Below are positions 49,183 through 59,385 of a stretch of 64,000 nucleotides of DNA, piece after piece (the stretch's first letter is position 1; each line of letters starts with the position of its first letter). Origin of the DNA: Candidatus Obscuribacteraceae bacterium (GTDB lineage: Bacteria > Cyanobacteriota > Vampirovibrionia > Obscuribacterales > Obscuribacteraceae); assembly GCA_044226015.1 (NCBI GenBank), contig JBGAHS010000005.1:320001-384000 (forward strand). The letters are read 5' to 3'. Below the pieces are notes generated by a model. That model searched no databases and was not told the origin of the DNA. It saw only the letters and a program-made list of their open reading frames with translations. The translations under genes and the position numbers were made by a program.

Positions 49183-50064
49183 CTAGCTTCTTGCTTTGAG
49201 ATTTCTAATACAGCGTACCAGTTCGTCTTCGATTTCTTGTACATTCTGGAAACGGTCTGCTGGTGCCTTTTCCATGCATTTCAAGATGATTGCTTCCAGC
49301 TCTTTTGGAATCTCTCGCTCGGTGTGAGTAGCCATCGCAGGTGGTTTTTCTTGTAAATGTTTCATCAACGTCAAGACTACGGTGTCACCCATCAATGCCG
49401 GTTGACCGCAGAGCGATTCGTACATGAGGCAGCCCAGTGAATAAATATCGGCTCTCTTGTCGATTTCTTTATTCGATATCTGTTCCGGGCTGATGTATAG
49501 CGGGCTGCCGAATATCTCACCCTTTCTAGTTAACTTCAATTCGTTGTCCTTTGGCATCGCAGATTTTGCGATGCCAAAGTCGAGCAGTTTTACGAAAGCT
49601 CCGTCTTCATCAGTGTCTACAATCATTACGTTCGATGGCTTCAAATCTCTATGGATTAGACCAGTTTGATGTGCCGCCTCTAACCCTCGACAAATTTGAA
49701 TAAAAGCTTCTATCGTCCAATCTAAGTCTGGCAATGTTCCAGAAACGATTATGTCATCGAGACTCTGTCCTTTCAGTAGATCGAGGACAAGGTATGGTTC
49801 ACCACTGTCCAGAAAGCCGAAGGAGTATACCTTTACAACGTTTGGGTGGAACAGTGAGTTCAGCGCTCTGGCTTCCCTTTTGAGTCTTTCGATATCAGCT
49901 TCTGAAAAATGCTCGTCGGCATTAAGTACTTTGATAGCGACTTCGAGTTCAACATTTTTGTGTTCGGCTTTGTAAACCGAAGCCATGCCGCCCTTGCCAA
50001 TGAGTCCTTGAATCTCGAAGCGATTCTCAACTATAGTGCCAACCATGTTGGAATCGTTAGCCAT
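49183..50064 (-). CDS. Stand-alone Ser/Thr protein kinase
   Basis: GKGGMA, VAIK, HRDLKPSN, DFG, GSPLYISPE; no TM or sensor domain. Confidence 0.93.
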   Translation of the reverse strand: MANDSNMVGTIVENRFEIQGLIGKGGMASVYKAEHKNVELEVAIKVLNADEHFSEADIERLKREARALNSLFHPNVVKVYSFGFLDSGEPYLVLDLLKGQSLDDIIVSGTLPDLDWTIEAFIQICRGLEAAHQTGLIHRDLKPSNVMIVDTDEDGAFVKLLDFGIAKSAMPKDNELKLTRKGEIFGSPLYISPEQISNKEIDKRADIYSLGCLMYESLCGQPALMGDTVVLTLMKHLQEKPPAMATHTEREIPKELEAIILKCMEKAPADRFQNVQEIEDELVRCIRNLKARS

Positions 50065-50116
50065 AATAACGCCCTCACGAAAGTCATTATTCTAGCAGGT
50101 ATATATTTAGGCCAGG

Positions 50117-53100
50117 TTATCTTTGTGGTTCGAGATTATGCACGTTGCGATGTGGCACAAGGTCGATCTTGCTGATGTAAGTTCGCAGATTGTGTCCTTG
50201 CTGTTTCAATGCTGTCATTGAAGGCATAAGGTTCTGAGTCAAGCTCTTGCCGAAATTGACCAGGTGCATCAAAGGTGGTGCGGACGGAACAGGTAGAAGC
50301 TCTGGATGCGCTGTTTCTGCAGCAATAGGAGTTGCTTCGCCGCCGACTATTGTGCTTAAGAAGTTGTTTAATAGCTCGCGATCAATCTCTGTTGTACCAA
50401 TGATTGTCACCATATTTTCTGCTTTAGCATCGGCTTTCTTTGCCAGCAAGAATTCATTTACTTCAGAAGGAAGTGGCAACTCGATTTCCTGGCGGCTTCG
50501 CAGCTCGACAATTCTCTTTCCTTCCTCTACGTGTTCTGAAATGCGCAATGCATTGATGTCTGCGATCAGCCAAGCCACATCAGAATTGTGGAAGTGTTTT
50601 TCAGCAATGTCCACGAGCGTATCATTTGGTTGAACCATGTATGTTGGACGCTTGAACAGGCTGGTGATTTGAGCTGTGCTCACAGTTCCATCTGCGTTAG
50701 TGTAGGTGACGCTCAATTCGGCGTTTTCTGGTTTGTCAGATGCATCATCAGCATCCCCTTCTGGCTTTGCTTTTGCAACTGCTGCTGAGGCTATGGCTAC
50801 TGCTAGTGCGATTTCTACTCCTGTCAGATATCTCTGCTCTGAGTTCGTTAGAGATTTTTGCAATTGTGAGAGTTCGAGAACACTGAATTCACCGCTCTTC
50901 TCAGCCGCAGGAACTACCCTTCCGGTGATAGGGTCGAAACGGGAAGCGGGGGGTTCATGTCGCCCTGTAGGGTCTGCTCTTCCTGTCAAATTAGCTTCAG
51001 TCCTGCTAGTTACAGGGTCTATTCTTCCAGCTGTAGATTCGCTTCTGCCACTGCGGGCGATGCCCAGCTGTTCAGCTATGCTTTGACTTATTGCGGCATT
51101 TGCTGTGATGCGCACATTTCCAATCTGACTATTTGGAGTAAGAGCAGATTGATTAGCCGCGTTCGATCCTGGTGAAATCACTTTCCCGCTAGCATCGATA
51201 TTCAGCGTTTTGCCCATCAATCCTTGTGGATCAAAAACACCTTTATTTCCGTTCAATGCATTTGCCAGTGCAGCTGGAATCTCGGTGTTACCTTGTACCA
51301 TTTGCGTTTTCATCGCTGATAACGCTGCATCAGCCCCAGCAGTAGTACCAGTTTTTAGTGCTGCAGCTGCCGTTGCATCGAGTCCTGCTTGCATGACTGA
51401 TTTTACTGCGCTCTGTCCAAATATCTGCTCTCCTGCGGTGGTGTTGGCAGCTGTCCTTGCTGTCAACGCTGAGAGTGAAACAGGTCCAGTAAGTTCAATG
51501 ACATTTGCTGTAGTTGTAAGCTTTGATGCGTTGCGGTCACCACCTGCAATACCAATTTCAGATCCTGAGGCTTGAACTTTTACCGCTGAGGCAATTTGCT
51601 CGAGAGAGGAAGCGCCGCCCTGTTGAATTGATGCCCTGGCTAAGGTGCCGGCTGATTCAATGGATTGAGCCTGTTTGTTTACAGTTGCCTCTGCTGCTGT
51701 TGCAGCAGCTGCAGCCACGACTTGTCGTACTGGTTCTGGACCAGCTTCAGCTTTCCTGGATTCCACTGCATTCGAGTTTGCGATTTGCTCTGTTTTTGCT
51801 GCTAGTTCTTGCTTAGTTGCAGCATCGGTTTTGTTCACTGGTTCGAGCGTGCGAGATTGCTCACTAAGGTGTTCGTTTTTGTAATTATTCTCGCTTCTCG
51901 AGGGCTCGGGTGCTTTAAAATCATTGCTTCTATTTTCTGGAGCACCTTTGTTGTCCGAACTGCGACCTTCGGGTCTAGAGTCACTGGTCCGCTCAGAATT
52001 TTGATTTGTTCCGCCTTTGCTACCTTCTGTTCGCGCATCATTATTGTTGCGCGCTTCTGAGCCACCGCCACCACTCTTAGCGTCGTTATTTCGCGGTCCG
52101 CCATCGGAGGATCCTTTGTCTGAGGTCTTGAAATTGTCGAGATTTCCCTTGCTACTTTCAATGCTACCTTTACTTCCTTCGGTAGATTTGCCGTTATCGC
52201 TTGTCCCGTTTCCTTGATTGCCTTTCATTGATTCAAGATTTCCGGCAGGCGCTTTGCCACCATCTGCGGTAGCCTTCTCTGCTTGGTTATTCTCGTTAGC
52301 TAATGTTTTTGTGGCTGCTGGAGCCACGTTCTCAGTTCCACGTTGTTGATTGTTAGTATTCTCGGTGTTGCTAGGACCTTTCAAGGCTTCCAATAGCGAT
52401 TTTGAATCTCGTGGTAATTCAGGTGAATTCTTGTCGTAGACGCAAGTACGATCGACACTGCTTGTTTTGTCTAGCGAACCACTGCCTGCTGAACCAACTC
52501 TTTCAGCATTCTCTCTGCTTGTGTCACGTGAAAAACCGCTGGATGCTGAGCTGTTCTTGTCTGTCGATAAGTTTCTGTCGGCTGTTCCCAGAGGTATTCT
52601 CTGATTCTCAAGCCGTTCGGGGTTGAACATAATATCGTTCATCGACCCACGATTTGGGGATAAATTACCAGTTCCACTGGAGCCATCATTGCTGCGTGTT
52701 TCCTTCAATGCAGGGGATGGTGAGCCTGATGAGCCAGTTTCGCGAGTCAACGAAGGTGACGTCAGTTGGAAATTCTGATTGGCAATGGGCTCTTTATTGA
52801 ACATGATATTGTTCATGTCTGTGGCTCTATCATTTTTCTGGCCGACAACATTGCTGCCTGCTTCAGGAGCCTGAGCGGTCTTAGGATGCTCATCCTTAAA
52901 GTCAAGTCGGCTGGGCAAAAATGAATTTGTCGTAGCGTCGAGAGTGTAAGGCTTGGGGCTTGTCTCAGAATTTCGAGCTACGTTGGTATTATTTCGCTTC
53001 GCTTCTTCCGTATCACAAGCGCCGGCTATAAACCCGCCCTTGTTCAGCTCCGCCAGGATTCCTCCGGCTTGGGGTTTGTTTTGCGCCACTTCCAGAGGAA

Positions 53101-53956
53101 CAGTATGTGTCTTAAGTTCAACGATGGTGGGATGTTTGTCGCCACCAGCAAATTCTGAGGCGGGACGAAAGGTTGTGGGACCCTCATAACCAGGAGCTGG
53201 TCCACTAATTGAAATGGTTTTGACCAGTTTTGGTTGAATCTGGTCGCCTGAATTTGCCCGCATATCCATATTTCGAGAATCTAGAGGCACAGGAGAAACA
53301 GCTGTCTCTACCGTTTTAAAGTTGTTCGGCAAATTTGCTGGTTGAAATGTATTGTTTGGGGCTAGGTCAGAGGCTGGTGCTGCCTGTAGGAATGGTTTTG
53401 GCGCGACATCGAGAGGCGGTTTAAGTTCCGAACTTTCGTTGCCTTTAGAGGTAGCATTCATGATCTGCACTATAGCGGGTCTATAGAAACCGCCAGAGCC
53501 CAGGGGAGAATAAGTGAACGAGTCAAAATTGCTTGCCAGGTTTGGTTTCGACGGGTCGAGCTTTGAGTCAGGTCCGTCGGGTTTCTGTGGCTTTTCTGGT
53601 CGGAATGCGTCGGACGCGAGTGGCGACGAAGATTTAAAGGTTTCGTTCGGTCTCTTACTGGTATGTTCGCCGGATTTGGACTCACCTGCTTCTCCAGGTG
53701 CTGAGCCGTCCTTCGCATCCTTGCCGTGATTATCTTTTTCAAGGTGGAAGATGCTCGGCGCCTCGATCATGTCACTGACAGCGCTAGCAATTTTCTTGAA
53801 GGTGCCAGAACGTGACATCTCTTCAAGCGCCTGGCTCGCAAGGTCATAAAGTTTCGGAGGTGTGGCAGCTGCTGATTCGGGGGCATCTTTGTGCTCCACG
53901 TGCTCGTCAGCTTTCACCGGCTTTTCGCGCTCAGCCGACTTGTGCCCCTCGACCAT
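50117..53956 (-). CDS. Giant low-complexity protein with C-terminal LysM-like domain
   Basis: RPTYMVQPNDTLVDIAEKHF..SDVAWLIADIN...QEIELP; start uncertain (53956 or 54034). Confidence 0.75.
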   Translation of the reverse strand: MVEGHKSAEREKPVKADEHVEHKDAPESAAATPPKLYDLASQALEEMSRSGTFKKIASAVSDMIEAPSIFHLEKDNHGKDAKDGSAPGEAGESKSGEHTSKRPNETFKSSSPLASDAFRPEKPQKPDGPDSKLDPSKPNLASNFDSFTYSPLGSGGFYRPAIVQIMNATSKGNESSELKPPLDVAPKPFLQAAPASDLAPNNTFQPANLPNNFKTVETAVSPVPLDSRNMDMRANSGDQIQPKLVKTISISGPAPGYEGPTTFRPASEFAGGDKHPTIVELKTHTVPLEVAQNKPQAGGILAELNKGGFIAGACDTEEAKRNNTNVARNSETSPKPYTLDATTNSFLPSRLDFKDEHPKTAQAPEAGSNVVGQKNDRATDMNNIMFNKEPIANQNFQLTSPSLTRETGSSGSPSPALKETRSNDGSSGTGNLSPNRGSMNDIMFNPERLENQRIPLGTADRNLSTDKNSSASSGFSRDTSRENAERVGSAGSGSLDKTSSVDRTCVYDKNSPELPRDSKSLLEALKGPSNTENTNNQQRGTENVAPAATKTLANENNQAEKATADGGKAPAGNLESMKGNQGNGTSDNGKSTEGSKGSIESSKGNLDNFKTSDKGSSDGGPRNNDAKSGGGGSEARNNNDARTEGSKGGTNQNSERTSDSRPEGRSSDNKGAPENRSNDFKAPEPSRSENNYKNEHLSEQSRTLEPVNKTDAATKQELAAKTEQIANSNAVESRKAEAGPEPVRQVVAAAAATAAEATVNKQAQSIESAGTLARASIQQGGASSLEQIASAVKVQASGSEIGIAGGDRNASKLTTTANVIELTGPVSLSALTARTAANTTAGEQIFGQSAVKSVMQAGLDATAAAALKTGTTAGADAALSAMKTQMVQGNTEIPAALANALNGNKGVFDPQGLMGKTLNIDASGKVISPGSNAANQSALTPNSQIGNVRITANAAISQSIAEQLGIARSGRSESTAGRIDPVTSRTEANLTGRADPTGRHEPPASRFDPITGRVVPAAEKSGEFSVLELSQLQKSLTNSEQRYLTGVEIALAVAIASAAVAKAKPEGDADDASDKPENAELSVTYTNADGTVSTAQITSLFKRPTYMVQPNDTLVDIAEKHFHNSDVAWLIADINALRISEHVEEGKRIVELRSRQEIELPLPSEVNEFLLAKKADAKAENMVTIIGTTEIDRELLNNFLSTIVGGEATPIAAETAHPELLPVPSAPPLMHLVNFGKSLTQNLMPSMTALKQQGHNLRTYISKIDLVPHRNVHNLEPQR

Positions 53957-54251
53957 GATGATGACCCCGGAAAATTGAACTACAGACCCTATGTACCCGA
54001 AACTTTGACTTGTGAACCCCGAGCCCCTACGCACAGGCTCTACGGGGCAGATTAAAGGTAATTCATATCCTGCTTGAAGTCAAGAGGTGACACCGCAAAA
54101 ACTTCGTTTAGTGACTGTATATTCGTGCAGATATGCGAAGGGATGGCTAAGTGCCACCCCTTCGGCTAAAGTTTCGCTCTTCCCACATGTTTCCTGATCT
54201 GTCCACCTGTGCGTTCAGTGCGGACTGTGTGACCAGTGCGACGGGTACTGT

Positions 54252-55595
54252 TTATGACCCGGTGATTTCTTTTGAATTGCTCTCCGGCAATGCTATTGAA
54301 GCAGGCACTGGTGCTGCAGCTGCCGCAAGCGGCATCGAGTCATATTCTTCAATCAGTTTCAAATCAGAGTCTTCTGAAGATTTGCCTGAAAAGAGCCTTG
54401 TCCAGTCTATTTTGCTTGTGTATTGCATCGACAAGAACAATGTAGCTATAGAAAGACAGGTGATGATTAGTCCGGTGAATTGTTCGAGAAAAAATGTGTA
54501 CGAGAAGAGCACGAGATATATGAACTGCGACACACCAAGTTGTTGGACAAACCTTCTATCGGGTATGAATCGCGAGACGTAGGACATCACCAGAAATACC
54601 GAGACCACTGAACAAATTGCAAAACTCCATTCGAGAGGAATGTGGTCGACTGAATACGCCAGCAAAAGATGGAAACTAAAGAAAGCTGCACCGATGAAGA
54701 AGTAATGCATTGGATGCAGTTTGATTACACGAATCGTACTGGTCAGCCATGTGACGTAGAAGAAAAAGAAGAGAGAAACTGGGGCAAAGAATGTCACGTC
54801 CTGTACCAATGGACCGGGATTGATAAGCTTTGGCATGCTCATACCAATTGCGTTTCCAGTCATTGTATTGTCGTATTTCCAATTTAGTTTCCAGCCATTT
54901 TTCTCTTTCGTTTTCTGCGTGGGCGAGCGAGTTCCATCAGGAAAATCAACGGCATCAAAGTTTGTGTTCATTGTAAGCGAGAATTTCTTAACGAGATTCA
55001 AGCCATCACCGGCGGTGTACTGCCAGCTGTTCATTCCTTGAGAATCGTAGCTTATCTGCACCAGTTTTTCCTGATGCGGAGCAAGTTTGAATTCGGTTGC
55101 TAAAGCACCATTTTCTGGGTGCAAATCGTGAGAGGTTTCGTTGGCAACTTGAAGCTTTAGATTGTCGTAGATTCCCTCTCTGTCGGGCAGTCCGAAGGTC
55201 AGCTTCATTGCTCTCTCTTCGTTGCTATCATTTGCAATGCCAAAGACCCCGTTGAATTTGACTTTGTAGGTCGGGTACCAGAGCAGCCCTTTCTTTCTTT
55301 GCTCTAATGCAAGATCCACATTAACGTCACTGCTCTTCAGCGAGACTGGCTCACTAACATGCTTAATGCTTTTCCGAATCTCGCCTTTGGATGTTTTCGA
55401 AATTTCTTCCACTGTTTTGTCAAAAACCACATATGGTGCTGCTTGTTTCTGTTCGTTTCCCCAGAGACCTTTGACCTGACCACATAGATTTTTCATCTGT
55501 TGATCAGTCCGGAAACTCACTGTACTGCCGAGAATTAGCCAGGCCATGCAAACGCTCAAATAAATGAACGTCAGAGAAGCTATTTGTTTTATCAT
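54252..55595 (-). CDS. CreD-like inner membrane protein
   Basis: N-terminal TM, LWG..Q.Q, RKKGLLWY, HPMHY, FHLLLAY and a C-terminal TM bundle. Confidence 0.75.
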   Translation of the reverse strand: MIKQIASLTFIYLSVCMAWLILGSTVSFRTDQQMKNLCGQVKGLWGNEQKQAAPYVVFDKTVEEISKTSKGEIRKSIKHVSEPVSLKSSDVNVDLALEQRKKGLLWYPTYKVKFNGVFGIANDSNEERAMKLTFGLPDREGIYDNLKLQVANETSHDLHPENGALATEFKLAPHQEKLVQISYDSQGMNSWQYTAGDGLNLVKKFSLTMNTNFDAVDFPDGTRSPTQKTKEKNGWKLNWKYDNTMTGNAIGMSMPKLINPGPLVQDVTFFAPVSLFFFFYVTWLTSTIRVIKLHPMHYFFIGAAFFSFHLLLAYSVDHIPLEWSFAICSVVSVFLVMSYVSRFIPDRRFVQQLGVSQFIYLVLFSYTFFLEQFTGLIITCLSIATLFLSMQYTSKIDWTRLFSGKSSEDSDLKLIEEYDSMPLAAAAAPVPASIALPESNSKEITGS

Positions 55596-55691
55596 TAATC
55601 AATCTCCAATTTGCAGCTATAGGCAATGATAGGAGAGCAAGATTAAGACCGCTGACGCGTTTGTTAATTGATGGATCGTCTTTTGTAAAAG

Positions 55692-56585
55692 CTAAACTTT
55701 GGCGATTTCGTAGATCCATCCTTCGAGCAAAACATCTGCTTCATCTGCGGCAAATGGGTCAGTGCAGTGCGCTGGTTCATTTAGCCAGATTGCAGCTGCG
55801 TAGCATGCCAGCACAGCGTCAAGCGCGTGATCAGAATCAACAGCTTGATGTTCTAGTTTTTGATTGAGTATCAATTTCGGGTAGTCTTTGAACATCTCGT
55901 TCTTTGGCGCAGAATAAAGACCTTGCAATATTTTGTGCCGAGCTGATTGCATTTTGTCGCGGTCTTTCTTGTCTTTACTTTTATATCCGGTGTCTGGCAA
56001 GTCGAGTCGCTTTAACGTTGCCCGTGGATAAACTTCCAGTACTGCGCAAGCTTTTTCAACAGGCTCTTGAAACGGCAGCACATAAAAGCGTTTTGGATCG
56101 AGACTAGCTAACATGCGAATTCCATGATAAGTCATCTGAATCATTGATGGATAGCCACGATGCAACGGGCTAAGTGCCTGCGCGCAGCTAAGTTTGTCTG
56201 TTATGCGTTTTGTCTCTTTCTTGAAGGCTTTTGCGAATTCTTGGAACCTTTCAAACGGCATGAACACAATTTGCTCTGCCATATTTTGCCATGTTTGAAA
56301 TTCAGCAAGTTCTAGCTCTTTTGCCAGAAACGCCATGAATTCAGCCGGGAGAGAAAACGGACAATCAAGTCCGACAGCTGATAAATCTGTGATTCCGTTT
56401 AGCTCTTTGCCCAAACCGTGCATTCCAACTTTGTGAATCTGAGAGATTTCCAGCTTGTTTCCGCTCAGCGTTCCAAGAGCCAGCCACGTTTCGTTTGGTA
56501 TTTCTTTGGAACCACTGCAATCGGCGCCTGCGACTTTTCTTTCACTGGCAACACTGCGAAGCAAATTTAGTTTGTCAAATCCCAT
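55692..56585 (-). CDS. DUF429 family (predicted RNase H-like nuclease)
   Basis: GAD, GLDCPF, R.TD, EVYP, DH.LDA. Confidence 0.8.
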   Translation of the reverse strand: MGFDKLNLLRSVASERKVAGADCSGSKEIPNETWLALGTLSGNKLEISQIHKVGMHGLGKELNGITDLSAVGLDCPFSLPAEFMAFLAKELELAEFQTWQNMAEQIVFMPFERFQEFAKAFKKETKRITDKLSCAQALSPLHRGYPSMIQMTYHGIRMLASLDPKRFYVLPFQEPVEKACAVLEVYPRATLKRLDLPDTGYKSKDKKDRDKMQSARHKILQGLYSAPKNEMFKDYPKLILNQKLEHQAVDSDHALDAVLACYAAAIWLNEPAHCTDPFAADEADVLLEGWIYEIAKV

Positions 56586-56785
56586 ATGACGGAAGTCCTA
56601 TTTCAAAATTGGAGAGATAACGGAAAGCTATATTCTTTATGCTGAAAGAGCATATCAATTTTATCGCTGCTTGCTGATAATGTAGCAAGTTTGCCAAATT
56701 GCATTCTATTATTCTGAAACCTGGGTAAAAGCTTTTTAGTTGTGGAACACTATTTTTGAATTGCTCGCTTGCAAAGGGGATAAAC

Positions 56786-57022
56786 ATGGCCAAGGCAAAA
56801 GACAACGCAGAGAAGGAAAAGCCCGTACATGATGGGCCTCCGAGTGTCGTGCTCGAAGTAAGGACCTCTACTGGTGAAGTCTGGGGACAAATTGTGGCTC
56901 CGGCGAAAGAATTTAGCACTGGGTCATTAGGTTATTACGCGAATGGCAAGATCATCGATCCGAAATCTGGCAATCGATATCAAGTTGGTTGCAACATCAT
57001 TTTGATTGGAAGCAAGAAGTAA
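56786..57022 (+). CDS. Small conserved hypothetical protein (78 aa)
   Basis: AGGGG RBS; KEFSTGS.GYYANGK...YQVGCNIILIGSK. Confidence 0.75.
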   Translation: MAKAKDNAEKEKPVHDGPPSVVLEVRTSTGEVWGQIVAPAKEFSTGSLGYYANGKIIDPKSGNRYQVGCNIILIGSKK

Positions 57023-57124
57023 GGCTTGCTAAAAATCAAGCGATAATTGGACGCTCTTTGCAGTCGTTAGACTTGCTGGGGCGTCTTTGCCTTTTATTTT
57101 GGAAATTTGATTTCCGACTCTAAA

Positions 57125-57559
57125 TTAGCGCTGTGCTTGAGTCATGGGGCGAATCATTAGCTTTTGTCGTTCTTCTACCTGTTCGATGTCCTCATCGTAT
57201 TCCGTCTCTCTATCGAGGTCAGGAATCTCTTCTTCTTCCTGACGCCAGGCGACCCAGCTGCCGTTTGCGCTATTGCCTATTCTCCAGGTTCCAGACAGCT
57301 TCTTGCCTTCATCGCTCAAGCTTCCTTCGTAAACTACTGCATGCAAAGTCGAGTTGCGATACTTTTTCGTGAATGAGAGTAGTGGGTCTGAGAAGGTTCC
57401 GAATATGTAAGCTTCACCCAAATTTCCGTCATCTAGAATGCTGCCTTCGATAGAGCCATTAACTTCCATGAATACGGCTTCAAACCCGAATGGTTGTGCG
57501 AAAGATGAGTAATAGAAATTACCTAACCAGCTGCCATTAACATTGTGTTTGTTGCTCAT
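57125..57559 (-). CDS. Hypothetical beta-rich protein
   Basis: G.W.G, G.I.D, FTKKY, YEG...GTW pattern; acidic tail. Confidence 0.65.
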   Translation of the reverse strand: MSNKHNVNGSWLGNFYYSSFAQPFGFEAVFMEVNGSIEGSILDDGNLGEAYIFGTFSDPLLSFTKKYRNSTLHAVVYEGSLSDEGKKLSGTWRIGNSANGSWVAWRQEEEEIPDLDRETEYDEDIEQVEERQKLMIRPMTQAQR

Positions 57560-57657
57560 TTTTCACCATGCTGTCGTCCAATTTTCTTCCCCGCTGTCTT
57601 ATAAATTAATCGATGAGGGAATATTTTGTTTTATGACAGCTAAAGCCGGAGTTTAGT

Positions 57658-58185
57658 ATGGACCAAGAGCAAGAACTTGTATCACTGAGTCTTGAGATTT
57701 ATGAAAAGTCCAGTTCGCGCATGGGCAAATACATGCAAATAATTCCGAAGTCTAACATCAGAGGAATAGCACAACATTTAGCGCGTCAATACTTTAAGCA
57801 AAATCCTGGAAAAACATTGGATGAGGCCGAGCGCCAGAACTTAGCCAATCAGCTTTGCAGAAACATTTTTGACGAAGTTCTGAAGAAAGCGCATACTGTT
57901 ATTACAATTGATGCTGACGGAATGGGGAAGATTGCCTTTCAACAAAGGACTCCCGTTATTCAGGCTGAGCGAGATGGTGCGCAGCTTTTTTATCGTAGGG
58001 CACTTAATAAGATGGCGATGGATAGTTACCCTGATGCTGAGCGTTTATTGAAACGCGCAGTGGAAATCGACTCCAATTATATTGATGCTTGGGATGCTCT
58101 GGCAGATGTGTACGAAAGAAATGAGAAAGAAGAACTCGCTAAATCTGCTCGCGAAAAAGTTGCTGAGCTGAAAGCTGCTTCCTGA
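57658..58185 (+). CDS. TPR-containing protein
   Basis: AERLLKRAVEIDSNYIDAWDALADVY. Confidence 0.75.
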   Translation: MDQEQELVSLSLEIYEKSSSRMGKYMQIIPKSNIRGIAQHLARQYFKQNPGKTLDEAERQNLANQLCRNIFDEVLKKAHTVITIDADGMGKIAFQQRTPVIQAERDGAQLFYRRALNKMAMDSYPDAERLLKRAVEIDSNYIDAWDALADVYERNEKEELAKSAREKVAELKAAS

Positions 58186-58234
58186 GTGGGTCTTGCATAA
58201 GCTTTTGCGCCTACCTGAGCAACCTTTCAAGTTG

Positions 58235-59374
58235 CTAGTTGATGCTGGCACAAAACTCAGTCATATCTGGGTCGATGGTTTTGAATGACATTCCAATCGA
58301 GTCTGCGCTCATGATTGCGTCTGCCACCATCTCTGGTGTGACCTCAAAAGGTTCATTGTGAGCTGTTTCACCAGGCGCTGTGGCGCGCTCTGATACTGTT
58401 TTGAGCGCTTCCTTTTCCAGCCCACATATTCCCAGGTCTTGCAAACAAACAGGTAGACCAACTGACTCACAAAATGTAATTACTTCCTCTATCAACTTGG
58501 TTGGCTGTCCCTCTAAGACGAGTTGGACAATCAAGCCGAATGCCACCTTCTCTCCATGATAGTAGTTATGGGTTTCAGGCACGGTCGTTAAGCCGTTGTG
58601 AACAGAGTGCGCAACAGCTAAACCACCTGATTCAAAACCCAGCCCAGACAGTAAGGTGTTGGCTTCAATCAATCTCTCCAGGGCAGGGGTGACTGCACGC
58701 TGTTGCACCGAATGCAGTGCAGACAGTCCGTCGTTGATTAAAGTCTTGTAGCAGAGTTCAGCAAGAGCATCAGCGCTGATGGTAGTTTTGCCTCCGACCT
58801 GATTTCTCTTATTGGCGTCTCTGACAGTTTTGGCTTCAAACCAGGTAGCAAGAGCATCTCCCATTCCTGCTACCAGAAGTCTTGCTGGTCCCTTTGCTAT
58901 CACCGAGCTGTCTACCAGAACCAGGTCAGGGTTGCGCGGGTAAAATTTGTATTCCTGAAATTGTCCTTCTTCTGTATATACAACCGATAGTGCGCTGCAT
59001 GGCGCGTCGCTCGATGCCAATGTTGGGCAGTTGACTATCGGCAGTTCCAGTTCAGATGCAACAGCTCTGGCAGTGTCTAAAACTTTGCCACCACCTGCTC
59101 CTACTATCACTGTCGCTTTATATTCGAGGGCAGCATGTTTGCTTCGCTGAATTTCGGCAGTCGAGCATTCTCCCTTAAATGCAAAAACTGTGAAATCGTG
59201 CCCGCTCTCTTTGAATGTTTCTGTCCATGTTTCTTGAAGCAGCCTGTTGGCATTTCCTCCAGCAAGAATGAAAACCCTGCCGTTCAGTCCGAGTTTCTTC
59301 ATTTCGCTTCCAAGTGACCGCGTGGCATTTCGACCCTGAACGTATCGAGCAGGTGCGCAAAATATGGACAGCAT
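58235..59374 (-). CDS. gldA: Glycerol dehydrogenase
   Basis: P.RYVQG, GGGKVLD, DAPCS, GMGDALATWFEA, GFESGGLA.AH..HNG, HGEKVAFG. Confidence 0.95.
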   Translation of the reverse strand: MLSIFCAPARYVQGRNATRSLGSEMKKLGLNGRVFILAGGNANRLLQETWTETFKESGHDFTVFAFKGECSTAEIQRSKHAALEYKATVIVGAGGGKVLDTARAVASELELPIVNCPTLASSDAPCSALSVVYTEEGQFQEYKFYPRNPDLVLVDSSVIAKGPARLLVAGMGDALATWFEAKTVRDANKRNQVGGKTTISADALAELCYKTLINDGLSALHSVQQRAVTPALERLIEANTLLSGLGFESGGLAVAHSVHNGLTTVPETHNYYHGEKVAFGLIVQLVLEGQPTKLIEEVITFCESVGLPVCLQDLGICGLEKEALKTVSERATAPGETAHNEPFEVTPEMVADAIMSADSIGMSFKTIDPDMTEFCASIN

Positions 59375-59385
59375 AGTTTTCTCCG

